From: Tubulanus polymorphus
Taxonomy: Eukaryota; Animalia; Nemertea
Direction of reading: 5' to 3'
Assembly: GCF_964204645.1 (NCBI RefSeq)
Contig: NC_134025.1
Location: 11,904,001-11,968,000, forward strand
DNA: 64,000 nucleotides
In this document: positions 1 to 28,276 of the stretch, piece after piece
How positions within the stretch are numbered: position 1 is the stretch's first letter
Layout of the letters: every line of letters starts with the position of its first letter
Notes under the pieces: generated by a model
The model's input: the letters and a program-made list of their open reading frames with translations, nothing else
Database searches by the model: none
Told to the model about the DNA's origin: nothing
Made by a program: the position numbers and the translations under genes

Positions 1-2466
1 CACACCCCGTCGCGCGAGAGAATACTCACAAAATATTTTTCTGTATTTTTTTTTCCCTTTTAAATCTCAACGAACCGAAGAATACGTCACACAAAAACTT
101 TCAACAAATTATATATATACATATATCTATATACACGTATATGTATAATGTTTTTAATACCGTAATAGCTTTATAAAACACTCAAACACCACCTGTGTAC
201 GATTCATCATCACAGACCGAGAGAAAGTGTTGCAGAAAAAAAATTCCGTTTTTTTTTTTTGGTCGCACTAATTTTCTACGAATTTATCTTCTAGAAAATA
301 CCCATTTTCACCGAGAGCTAATGACTAAGTTAATATTCAGACGCATCAGACTGGTGCATGGGAGCGCTGGAGCTAGTTGCACAGACGGACGACGCCTAGA
401 TTTAAGATCGACGTACCGGTCTTGGTTCAACAGCCAATCTAACAACAACTTGTAGACCAATCTTGAGATCTAAAAGACCATTTCCGGATTAACCAGACAT
501 AAGCGGAGACTTCGCAACTCGGCTCTACAAACAACAGCATATTTGATATGTACTGAGAAACGGACATCTGCATTCGAGAATTTAGACGCTATGCAAATGT
601 TGAACTTATATTCTAAATACGATATTCGACTGAATCAATGGATATGCATGGTAAGTTCCGGTCGTATGAGAATTAGAATACATTTCCTTGCTACCGTCGA
701 GATCTTGAATTCTCAATGTAGGTTGAATCGCCCTCCAATACAACACAAAAAAGGCCACTTATCGACAAATGGCATCATGGTACTATACGAGCAATCACAA
801 AAATACATTAAAAAGCTTTTTTATTCCGTACATGCCCCACTCCAGAGTATATTGTACCACATTCAGTCGACAACAACGATCGCGGTAGTTCCCCGGGTCA
901 CGAGAGAGGGTCAACATCGAAACAGGGCAACTTTATACACTTCTAATATTTATCATCGTGATGACCTACCGGCAGTTAATGAGACACCTCGAAATCGAGT
1001 CATCGTATTATAAGAAATAAATAACATACATTACTTTTAATCATATACAATTGAAACGTGTACCGTCAGTTATAGCAGACACATACACACTGCAATTGTT
1101 AACGTACGTTACGTATTATACAAAAATTCTGTAAAACTTTCTTTTTCAATCAATCGTCAGAAAATACTGCTTGAATATACGGGTTTAAAACCTGAATTCT
1201 ATTAGGCATTCAAACGGCATGAACACGAAACCGAACAACGAAATTGCAACACTGGATGAAAGAGCGCACTTTCATGAATTCAGCTACGTCGGCGGGTGTC
1301 AGAGAACTTTTCACATTTCAATTAATGGTGATAACACAAACTCGGGGGTCCAGAGACATCGTGCCCACTCGGGAAATGGTCTAAAATGCCCAAAAATCCC
1401 ACAATTTCATAATTCAAAGTAACGACTTTGAAACTCGCCAAAATCATTGAACATGTCATAAGCAACAATTTTGCAATTGAATGTGCTAACAAAATATGCA
1501 TAGATCCCAATGTTATTCCACTATTCAACGCTAAGTGGTGAAAACACAAAAACCAAATATAGCTGCAAAGCAGCGATAAGGGGTTTTCTGCCGTGTTGGT
1601 TTAAATGCCATAGAATTTTGCATACTAAGTCTAATTGAAATCAGTCTTCATCAGTTGATTAAATGTGGCTATTTTTTGTAGTGCAATGAAAAAGTTTTAA
1701 GAATAACAGATATGGTGCTTCCACTGTACAGTCCCCTGGTGGGAGTTTTATGAACTGATAATGTACATGTTTGTACCAACATACCAAGTTTTGTTATTCA
1801 TATGATAAAACCAACTGAATCAAATGTGAAAAACCAATATTTGGGACACAGATGCATCTAGGGTAGATACATCGATAAATCAAATATCAAAACCATACAT
1901 CAAAGTGCGTCGAATAGTTACCATGAAAACTAGAAGATTCTGCCTATAGACCAACAGACAGATGGATGATGGACGAAAAGTTAACACAATAGCCTGCGGG
2001 AACTTTAGTTCGAAGTGGGCTAAAAATCAAATGAAGCCCCTTTCAGGACTAGCTGGCTACAAATTTGACAACAGCGATATCTCTGCCCAAGATCAGTGGA
2101 TTTTAAAGATTTTAATTTCTTATGTCCCACGTGGGCTAAAAAGGCGCTCGAAAAACCAAAAAATATTCAATATTTCTCCTTCTTGGAAAAATGCTCACGT
2201 GAACCATATGCAATGCGTCCTGCGTCCTGGTTGAGACTTTCACGCGTTGTATAAGCCATTGTTGTATTATTCAATTTCTTAATGAGACTATTTAGACTGA
2301 TCCAAGCGTCGCAAATACACCACATCCGGGGAAACACGATCCCGTACGCAGCTGGTGAATTCCGGCGATAAAAACGAAATAATAATAATAATATTAATTA
2401 TAATTATAATAATACACAATTACTATGGTAAGAGCCTAAAGTTTTTGGCTAATTAATCATTGTGTA

Positions 2467-17728
<15,262 letters not shown>

Positions 17729-19184
17729 CAATGCCTTTCGTGGACTGTGTTTGAATCAGCCCAAAACAAGGGTAGTATCGGCGTGATTCTTGCGAATTAT
17801 TTCATCTCAAAAATCACACATCCCTGCAAAACATCAAGGGCTGCCATGTTACATACGGGCACTTCGTAATTGCATCGATTGTTAGACTGGTTCCGACTTA
17901 CACGCCGGCCTGCGGCCCGGACACGAGGTCCGGTACGTATCAAAATGTTTCTTCGGCTCCGCCGATGGTATTCTCTTCACCGGTTAAAAAATATATACAC
18001 TTCGATTTACGATTTCATAATCTAACCCCCTGTCTCGTTCCCGACATCATCAAAATATGCACAAGAGATTTAAAATCATAATAAGTTTTAGTATCAATAA
18101 ATTTTTACCATTTTCGTGAAACAAGGCATTCCTTTCATTTTTTTCTGTAATTGAATTTTGGGGATTTCGGAAATCTTTGAACTTCTTGAATTGTCCTCAT
18201 CATAACGCCGGCAGTGATGAGCAACAGTGCAGTCCGAATGAACCATCGTTATTGTATCCGTTTTATAATGGACTCTTCGTTTTAGAGTCCATGGTTTTAT
18301 ACTGTATTGGCGGTGGACTGCTTGAGAAATTTCTTCTACTCAACTTAAGAGTTGTGAAACAGGAGGGCGTAGTAGAGATAACGCGGCCAGGCCTCCTCAG
18401 TCAGTGGCCCATCGCTCGAGCTTATTCTGCCGCCTGAGATTTCAACTCGGGTTCAAATGCATTAGAAAATCAAATATTCAGAAGAATCTGCCTTACTCAG
18501 TAATGTTAGGAAAATGAACATTTCGCCGTTGATTTAACCCTTTAGTGCTCGAAACAGAAAAATATATATTTCTTAATGACCTACGTTTTTCTGCATCTAT
18601 TAGGTGCATACAACACAAATTCAGTATCACTTTGGAAAAATTTGAGAAACAAATTTTCTATCATGAAAACTATGTACTATGTGTCAACTGAGGACAACAG
18701 GCTTTGCAGTCAATTACTTTGGATACTTGATAGTTTAGATGGTAACTATTGTCGGATATATTATGGTCCATATCTGTGGACTGAAGGCACTACAGGATTA
18801 AGCGGTTTACAGGTTGTACCAGTAATGAGTAGGGAGTCTACTGTCACAAGATCATCAAAACAAAATACGTAATAAGAAAATGATTTATTCCGATTATTGA
18901 TCGACAATTTGAACATTTTTCAGTCACCTAGTAAACAGCGTCAACACTAACATCCTCAAGAAATTCTGAACAGTGCTCGAAACAAATACGCCCTTAAGTA
19001 AATCAAACACGGTTTGTCCTCAACAGATATACTGCAATATACCTCTATTCACTATTCATTTCATCACTAATTTCACAATCAAATATGTTGACTGTGTCTG
19101 TTAATTCGTAGAGCTTCATGTCTGACACAGAGCCAACACATCGGGGAACTAGTTCTTAGCACAAAAGTGTATTCCACAATATCA

Positions 19185-22100
19185 TCAGCAGCTGGTTGAT
19201 TCCTGAATGGCTTTGTTATTGTCTTTTTGAAAACGTGTTGGAAGACGCTCAATTTTATGCTGAAATGAATTAATACATTGAAATTACCGCGTAATACAAA
19301 TAGGTCTGTGTCTTGAAAAACATATGAATCTATAATATTTTCCAGATACCCAGCAGTACTTATGCTAATATTTCACAATCCACAAAGCCTTTTGGTTTAC
19401 ACCCAACGATAACATCATCGATTAGGCTGAAATAATTGGCAGATTTTAGATTTCAAGCAGCTAATCATCTTCATTGTAAAAACTTCCACAGCCAGCAACA
19501 ATTGAATCTGATTTATACTTTGAGAAAGAAATGAATACTGTAACTGATCTCATAATAAATTACAATGTGACGCTCCTAACCTTTCAACCCTAATGTAAGG
19601 TTATTGCTTTCTCTTGAATGGTTGCTACGCAACCTAGCAGTAACATCGCTGGTTACCAATAAATATTGTCATAAACAATGAAAAAATGTTCAAAAAAATT
19701 TCATAGATACTGCAATAATCAGACAACTTCAACCATAGGGCGTGTATTCTGAACCTTATTGAGGGTGGTTCCACTATGGCATACCATAAACTTAACAGAG
19801 CATTCAATCTTGTGCTGATAGTCTCAGGCTCAGGTATATGTTAAGAGGTTAAATCGTTAACTCGTACGATCACTATCAACCACCTACATCACCACACAAT
19901 GGTGGTTAGGTCGAACTGCAAAAGTTGTTCTGAAAATATCTGGGGTGAGGTCCTGAAAGTAGGTCTTGACATTCAGAAATTGGGAGAATTGCGTAAGCAA
20001 AGACTGCCAGTTGAATAAAAACTCATTCGCGTTAACTATTAAGTTAAGCCCCACACTATTATATCCAACAAGAAATGATTCAGAGTTCATCAAATTGAAA
20101 TCACAACTTTTTGTTTGTTGACTAACAACATTTATCATCATCTTTCCACCTAATGCGTTGTAGTTTAAATTTTCTGGCTAATGAACTTTTAGAATGATAA
20201 AGCAGGCAAGGATAAATTCATGGGTCTGACAGCTGGGAAGTTCACAACAACGAAAATATAAGCAAGAAATATTTCGCAGACCTTGGTTACTTTCATCGCT
20301 ACTCCTTCAGGCAGGTTTCGTTGTATGTATTCCAACAAGGTATCCGCTGTAGAGCCTGTCAGGTGGCTGAACTGAAATTCAAATTTAGTTGTCATAACAT
20401 ATTTTTCAGTTGAAAAATTTATGAAGGTCTACGTTTCTACCGAAAGAAAATTGCTTATTATCCTTCATAGCAATTCCTTTGCCATAAAAGAAATTCCAAA
20501 CACCTGCTCTCTTATCATTTTCCCTTTTTTAAGCCTGATTATTCCACCCACCCGACTGCCATCCGATCATGAGAAAAATAATATTTTAATTCTAAAGCCG
20601 CGATCACACGTAGACGATTTGGCCCGGGTAAAATTGGCACGGATCAGGCTTCAGCCAAATTTGGCCCATGCCTAATGAAAGAGCGCGTTCAAACGCAAAC
20701 AAATCACTCGATACTAAACAATGCTTAAACAAAGCGAAGTGAGTCATTTCCGGTACCAGTTGCAATTCAAACGCAATCATTTGTCTCGTGCTTAGGCCCG
20801 CGCCAAAAATGCTTGTGTGATCGCGGCTTAATTCTTGGTGACTAAATTTTTGTGTTTAACATTTGTATTTTCAATCTTAATAAGGTATTATTCTAAGTCT
20901 CGACTTACTTCAAAAGTTTTATAGTGTGTACGAATTTCGTATTGTCTCCTATGTTTTTTGTGAATATGAACAGACCTCAACAACGTTCTGCGTTCCAGTG
21001 TATATTTCTTATCAGGAAGATGCCTGTAAATAGATAGAATTTTTTCAACAAAAGTGCAAATTTACAAGTAACGTCATCCTCGCCTGACAGGGATTCGAAC
21101 CTGATGGCCCGATACTAAGGATTCATAAGGTATGAAACCTTGCCACACAAGCCATGCACTGCCAGCTTAGATGATGTCATTATTAGCCAATCAGAAATCC
21201 TGTTGCATTTTAGCCTGGGTTTTTCTTCCCATTTACAGTTTTTCAGTGAAATTTGCAACAGTGATTCTAGAACAAGCGATCTGATTGGTTCCAAGCTAGT
21301 GCGCACCCGTTCTAGTGTGGCAGGATTCTAGCGCGTCTGGCCGAGTATAGCGACGCCATCAGGTTAGAATCCCCGCGGAGGGAGGATGAACTAAGTCAAG
21401 AGCAAGAATTAACCAGGACCGATTTCTACAGTTCATAGTCACTCCGTCATTTTCAATGTTTTTGACTCATATAGAGTTAAATTTTTAAAGAAATGTGGAA
21501 TACGATCCTAACTTCGGTTATCGGTAAACCACATAGTGAAACTTCTGGCCCCAGAAAGATGTTCTATAAACTTTTTCACTCTCTGTTGATTGAATATAAG
21601 GAAACTGATTACGTAAATAAAGTTGAAATTCTCAAAAGAATCTAAATTGTCCATTGTTGTTTCAATTGATCTTAAAACCAATTCAGGAGTAACATAAATC
21701 CAATATGTAACCAGTAGTTACTATGTTTATCATTATATATGGTGTCACACAGTCAGGGTGTCATAGAGCAGGTCTGCAACCGCAGTTTGCACTGAAGTTC
21801 CGGTGAACTATCCTTTCACTGAAGAGGAAATACTTGCAGGACTCAGTGATCCATCTTTTTTCATTTGACACTTTCCTAGAAAATTCAAACCTTTACGTGG
21901 GCTGTACAGGGGTAAACTTGAGTGATCAGCAGTGAATTGGAATTATTTGATCGTTACATTTAATTTTCGAGTTAAGTCTTTTGAGTTATTTCATGGGAAT
22001 CTTTTTAAAATTCTAATTATAATTTATACCATAATTTTGAATAATTTTTCGCTGCTGAGACATCTCAAGTTAGGTTTTACTTTTTATTTTGTGGTTAGTC

Positions 22101-25100
22101 ATGTGACATCCTGCAGGGGATCCCTGTAGGAGTGCATGGGTGCAACAGAACTGGGGTACAAGAGGACTTGCTTTAGAGATTTTGAGGGAGAAGGATCTTA
22201 GCTAAAGACCTTCTGGAATCCCTTTCCATAATTTTCGTCTAAGGCCAAAAAGATGCCTTGTTTCTCATCACACATTTGTTTTTTACCATGACATAGGCCT
22301 ACTGATGATGGCTAATAGTCTTTAGCCGAAACGTTGCGCAAATATATATACTCTTCTACTCAAGTTTCTCGTTTTGGCTGAATTCATTGTGGGGTTTCTC
22401 TCGTTATCATCTTACACGGATATTGTGTATCTTCTCGTCTCAATCTGATCGAATGGTTACGGTTGATCGAATTGTGGATGTATTTTCGTACCAATATCAG
22501 ATTCGAGTAGAAACGTTCATCGGAAGGTGATTTATATCGATAGCGATCTGTATCGTTTGGAACGACATTTTCCTGGGGGTTGACTTAACACCCAGCGTAT
22601 TTTAATTTAATCACTATCGGATCGCTTATCTGCGGATTTTTGATAAATGTACGGTTACCCGTCAGTAGTTACCAGACCTATGGTATACAATTTTTTCGTA
22701 TTGGAACGGATCAAGTGCGACTGGAGATAGCGGATGATTGCTAATTAATGTTTCTTTCAATTCTCTAAACTGGATCGTTTTGTTCGTGAACAATTACTGT
22801 TAGCGAGATTGGACCTTTTATTTGAAATGGACTTCTCGGCTTGGAATTGTGGGAGTGGTGGTAATTTTGCGTACTTTCGGAGCGGTATTTTTCAAAGTGT
22901 GAATTTGTTTAGTCTTTTATAAAAACTGACTAACTGACAGTGTCTCTGTGTTCTGCGTCCATGTGCGTTTTGCGTCAAATGGAGCTAAATTTGGAGTCAT
23001 CAATTTCAAACTATTTCTTCAGCGGCTAGGAAGGTAGATCAAGAGATTCGTCATATGGTGGATTTTAATTTTTTCTAATTGGTTAAATTCTAAGATTTGA
23101 AGTTATTGATTTATTTTGGTAATTCAAAGTATATAATTGAGTAATTTGATCTTATTTTTCTCTATCTGATGATTTGATAATTTGGATATTTTCTTTATTA
23201 ATAATAAGCTGTATATATATTGTATATTCTATTTTGATGTTTGCTTTTTGTATTTTGTTGTCGGTATCGGGGATTTAGGAATTTAGATTTGGAGGACCCT
23301 ACCTCATCTGGCAAGTGTGGGTTACAAATATATTGTGAATATCCCCTCCGTTTCTCTAAATATTCAAACCAAAGATACAACCAACTGATGTATACAAATG
23401 AATATGTCTATACTACTCACACTATCGGGGTTTTGATGTCCAGTTCCTTGGCTACCATTGTTACAAATTTTTGATAGCTGTCCATGACGGCCGGTTCAAA
23501 TGACTTAATTTCCACAAATATACGTTTATACAATTCATCTACACCATCGTTATCAGCAGGAGCCACAGCGTTCATATGATTAACGCCCTATAAGAAATGA
23601 ATGACACAAAAATTGATAGGGTTCTTCAGCAATAGACCTACCATGATACACTCGATGAAAAAAATATTCTACTTGAAATACAGGACCCTGTAGAATGAGT
23701 ACAATGAATTCTAAATGATCAAATATGGCCACTAGTCACAGTAAATTACTTAAATCTAGTTTTTAAGCTGTAAACCATCACGGACTAGTTGAAATGATCA
23801 TTCAACCTCTAAATTCAATACAGGTTTCCATACATATGTCCAAAATATGTATCTTGTACACACCAAGTTAAGTCCCCCTTTCACGCAGAGCAATAAGGAC
23901 AATAGGCCTAAACCCTTTTATTACACATCCTTCCTTGCAGGAACTGGAACCTGCTGATGACATCATAAGACTCTACCACAGTGACTCCCTGTCAAAAATC
24001 ATTCTGCATTGACCTGCCTCAATCTTGGTAAGGTTTTTGTACTATGTGATGTGAATGTCTATCTGCAATAGTCCTTTCAATTTCTGATCTGATTGATGCT
24101 TCATTATCTAATGATTTTTCATCATCTGTTTGAATCACGAACTCCTTTTTCTCTTCTAATCTTATAATTGAAAATAAACCTAAATACATGGAGTTTTTCT
24201 CTACAGGCCTAAAATCCTGTTTGAAATGGAATGGATTTCTCTTCGAAGTTTATCACTTGTGATTCTTAAAAGCAGTTTGAATGTCTGAAAGAATAGTAGC
24301 CGAATGAAACAAACTAATCCGTGTATACTGTAGATTATTTGAAGAAGTCCCACAATTCGAATTTTAGAATTTCCACTTAGTTACATAATTTTTATTCATC
24401 CTAAAGCCTGGCGCACACGAGGCAATTTTTACGTCACCTGTTGCTGCGACCGATTTGCTAGCAACCGTTGAGCAATCGATCGCTTGGTGTCGCCCGTGTG
24501 CTACCACTGGAGACGGACAAGCGATTATCTTTCCTCGCAAACATCTGTATCATGTGACTTGTCAAGATGGCCACGCTACAGCCTCGACTGGTGCCATATT
24601 TGGTTAAATCACATGATAATTGTTCGCTCTCTCATTGGCTAGTTAATGAGTCGCTTGTCGCTTGGTGTCTCCAGTGGTAGCACACGGGCAACTCCCGAGT
24701 GATCGCTGAGCAATTTCTTGGCGACAAGCAATTTTCCGTCGCCCAATATCAAACATGTTTGATATTGGGCGACACGGAGCTATTCCTTTCGACAACGAGC
24801 AATCGCTGTCGCCCCTTGCCGCAGACGAGCGATTTTTTCGTTCGACGCCGAGCAATTCAGGCGGTTGCTCGAGAATTGCTCGAAACTGTCGCCCGTGTGC
24901 GCCAGGCTTAACTGTCCATAGAATTTTGTGGTTTCTAGGGTACCCCTGGTTGATTTCATTTGTCGCTTGTTCTGTTTACATTTATTCTGACACATCGCTT
25001 TTGTTTATGTCCTGTAAGTTTATATGCTAAGTTACTTCTGTTTTCTGGTCATTCCACCTGATAAAAACCGATAAATTATTTCATATACTAAAATTCGAAT

Positions 25101-26759
25101 TGTGGATTTCTTAAATTAGTCTGAAAGAATATTTCTTGCATGGATTTCAAGCTAAAAATGGACTCCATCTGTTGGATTCTCGTCTCATTTTCATAATCCT
25201 ACAGACAATTTTGAGTTTGAAAGGGAACATTTTTCACAAAGCGAATTGCTCCAGTTTGAGCATGATAGAAGTTTATCTGAGACAAAGTTGTCCAGTTTGT
25301 ACATGGTTAAAATGTTCTTGAACCCGTCATCACTATTGCTAAATTCCGAGTGCTCACTATCAGTATTCATTTTAGAAAATTCATTTCCCCTGACATGAGT
25401 GTTCCAAAAATTATTCAATTTTGATTCATTTTGATTGATCTGGGGCCGAGTTGAGGTTGTATCTTGTATTTACACACGTGATGACTCGCTAGTCGCTGGG
25501 TTCTAGCTAGTCAGTAACCTGACTGTGGTTTAGTTTCACGATCGGATATTTTCACAAACCACAGTCAGGAATGGGAAGGTCATTTTTGTATGAAATCTTC
25601 GTCAGCCAATTTGACTGACGAGTAATTTGCCTGGCATTTCATTGTCTCTTAAGATATCTGTCTCATTTTTGTTGTAATCGACGCACAACAGATTCGTAGT
25701 TTGTCTGATACCTATAACACCTCACCTGACGATCTTAATCCATGTGCAAATCGGCCGTAAAGTGAGAGTAAATTTCCGTCCAGTCAACAGCTGCCATTTT
25801 GAAAATTACTGGAGGTGCTGGCACCTGTGGACTGAGGCCAGGACAACAGCACAAACTAACAAAGCGAAACGACGAAATTTAAAAAAATTAAAAAATCAAC
25901 ACTTATTCACATCTTTCTTTTACCAGAAATTTATTATTTCATTATTTATTATGGAAAACACGAAGACTTGAAATAAAAGTTGGAAAACCATCAAAAATAA
26001 AAATTGTCGTTTCGTCTTGGAAGTTTTATATAAATCCTTGTAGGTCCCCTTGTCTTATCATGCCACATGTGCAATACAGAGAAATGGCGGCCAATGGCGA
26101 AATTTGTGGAGAAATTAATTAATTTCTCAAAATAATGTTGATTAATCACTCGAAACATACATAAAATTGGATTATTTCGAAAGGTACCTGTGTTAGTTTG
26201 TGAATTAAGCCATTAATTGTGGACTGAAGTGAATAGAAAGTATATTTTTGAAGTGTTACTTTTTTCAACCGTGTTTTGGTCCTTGTCATCCCTAACGTTG
26301 GTATAAGCCCATCCGATTATAAAAAGCTTACCACCAACGATTAGGTAACTAACTAGGTTCTAGCAAACTCCGAGTGCAGAAAGACGCAGACGGTACAAAC
26401 TTGTGTACTTTGTGGCAGACTGTTATGGTGTGGAGTGGAAAGACGCTTGAAACGCAGTAGAATCGCGACAAATTCGAGGTTGGTTGGTTAAATGGGTGGG
26501 TGTGTGTTGTTATTGTTTGTTTTAATGTTGAGTTGTATAGTAGTTGTAAGTGTTATTATTCCAATTTATTGTGTTACAGAAATTGTTCGAAATATCCTAA
26601 AAATGAGGGACAAGAATAGAAAAAATAGACTATACCTACCGTGGAATAATGACTTATATTCAAAAACTGTGGTTGTAGAAGATATTTAGCCGATTGTGTT
26701 GCTCGAGCGCATTTTATGAAGGAAAATATCCCAGACACGATTTTCACGGTCGCCGCCAT
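19185..26759 (-). CDS. MRPS10: Mitochondrial small-subunit ribosomal protein uS10m, 5 exons
   Basis: Exons 26640-26759 ([10 protein letters not shown]..., resembles a targeting peptide), 23421-23587 ([22 protein letters not shown]), 20909-21023 ([25 protein letters not shown]), 20282-20371 ([28 protein letters not shown], an MRPS10 hallmark), 19185-19259. Phases are consistent. Confidence 0.93.
20596..20828. mobile_element. PIF/Harbinger-like MITE (related copy at 38707-38974)
   Basis: TAA|AGCCGCGATCACAC...GTGTGATCGCGGCT|TAA. Internal sequence is shared with 38707-38974. Confidence 0.8.
22302..22338 (+). ncRNA. Hammerhead-ribozyme-like core (minimal type I, Penelope-associated), probably truncated
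   Basis: CTGATGA-T-GGCTAA(TAGTCT)TTAGCC-GAAA-CGTT-GCG: both conserved boxes and a 6-bp stem II are present, but the 5' strand of stem I does not pair. Confidence 0.5.
24405..24908. mobile_element. PIF/Harbinger-like MITE
   Basis: TAA|AGCCTGGCGCACACG...CGTGTGCGCCAGGCT|TAA, with internal inverted repeats (GTGCTACCACTGGAGAC). Confidence 0.85.
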
Positions 26760-26762
26760 CTT
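26752..26762 (-). promoter_or_regulatory. YY1-type motif overlapping the MRPS10 start codon
   Basis: AAGATGGCGGC on the minus strand matches the YY1 consensus. This arrangement is common in nuclear mitochondrial and ribosomal protein genes. Confidence 0.5.
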
Positions 26763-28276
26763 GATTTCTAAATCAATCACGTTCGAACCCCAAATATAAT
26801 ACTGCAGTTTGTATCTAAGTTCTAGTGCCCCATAAAAAGAAAAAAAAACTTAACGCTTCAGCGTTCCACTGGCTCTAAAAAAAGTTTTAGGAGATCGTTT
26901 TAGAATCAATGGATAGTATTTTCGTTAATGTTTTTCCTAATATTAATTTCCTATTAGGTAACGTTAGTTAGGACACTCATCTGCCCGCTCATCTGTTGTT
27001 GGACAACAGGGACCACTGTCTACATGGCCCATTTTGATTCATTTTTTGTCTTATTAAGATTTTCTGTGCAAAAAATATTTCAGACTATTTTGGATGCACA
27101 TTCGAATTTCGACGAATGCAGACCAGTCAACCTCCCAATCCGTCCTTGGCACTGATATTTACTTAGACTTGGCACTGGGGACCTACTCTCAGTCCGAAAA
27201 GAACAATCTACATCCGTCATGCAATAAGAAATCGTTATTAAACCTATTCCTCATTTGGGAATTGAAAGTGGTGTAGCTTCATCAATAACTCCCAAGTCTC
27301 CTATTTGATTTTCCATATTTCAACATCACACATACCTACCCAGATTTGTAGCCTACCCAGCCTCTGAATTGTCGAGTCAATTGGGTAGAAGGCTTTCAAA
27401 TCCCAAGCCTACCCTGGTACACTAAATGATATTATTCTCGAGTTTGTTGGGAATGAACCACGACAAAATTCATTAGAATTAAAGGAAGATGTAACATTTA
27501 AATACAGTACACTTGTATTTTATACAAAAAAAAAAACATATGCACAGTTTCTTACAAATTACGTTCTTCAGCACAATGATTTAAAGTCCCAGATATCTGA
27601 CTAGATATTGTCCAATATGACTATCAGGGATGAAATATGACTCAAAGGAACCCATCCATGGTTCAGAGTCACAATAGGAAATCCTCACAAACTATGCTAC
27701 TATTGGTGTAATATAATCCTGATAATAAAAGCTTAGCACCAACAATTCAGTTGCGAACTAGAGTGAGATAGGTGAATAGCGAAATCTTTACTTTTTCACC
27801 TAGTCTTTTTTACTTGATTCATTGCAAAAATTCTCGATTTATCACATTTTTTCACATCGATTTTTTTCCAAAATACATGTATGAACATTTTCGTACCGGG
27901 TACCTAGAACTACACTTAAATCTAACTAAGTAAATTTACGAAGAGAAATACAACCTGAATGCATAAGTAAAATAAGGTCAACAAACCATTTTTTAACTAA
28001 ACAAAACTTTCAAAAATTTCAAATAGTTTTCCCAGAAATTCAACTAATGGATTCTTCTTTCATATTTTTCACATAAATTTTATCCCTACAGGAAGACCAT
28101 GATAGTTACAGTACAATTAAACAAAAAATTACTAGATGTAGAAGCACAGAGCTAGAAAAGCTGCTGCTCATTGATTAATGATGAGAGGTTTCAACAATAA
28201 ACCTAATTGGTTTGATGATTACGGAGCACTTCAACATGTATATACAATATATCTCGAAACACTTATTTTTTAAATG

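Noticed and set aside
543-1013. 156-aa plus-strand ORF (and 195-455)
   Set aside because: TTG/GTG starts, no recognisable motif or splice context, and antisense to the probable WAC 3' UTR.
19620-19634. X-box-like palindrome GGTTGCTACGCAACC
   Set aside because: Intronic in MRPS10 and far from any ciliary gene promoter; a chance or repeat-derived match is likely.
19888-19952. Possible 65-nt cassette exon in the last MRPS10 intron
   Set aside because: It has AG/GT ends but shifts the frame and lacks similarity to MRPS10; unsupported without RNA data.
21330-21385. tRNA gene
   Set aside because: A- and B-box-like motifs are present but there is no anticodon arm or acceptor stem. The same applies to ~45640-45700 and 46330-46410, which are SINE heads.
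24643-25030. Cluster of GC-rich overlapping ORFs
   Set aside because: They lie mostly within the Harbinger-like MITE 24405-24908 and reflect its composition.
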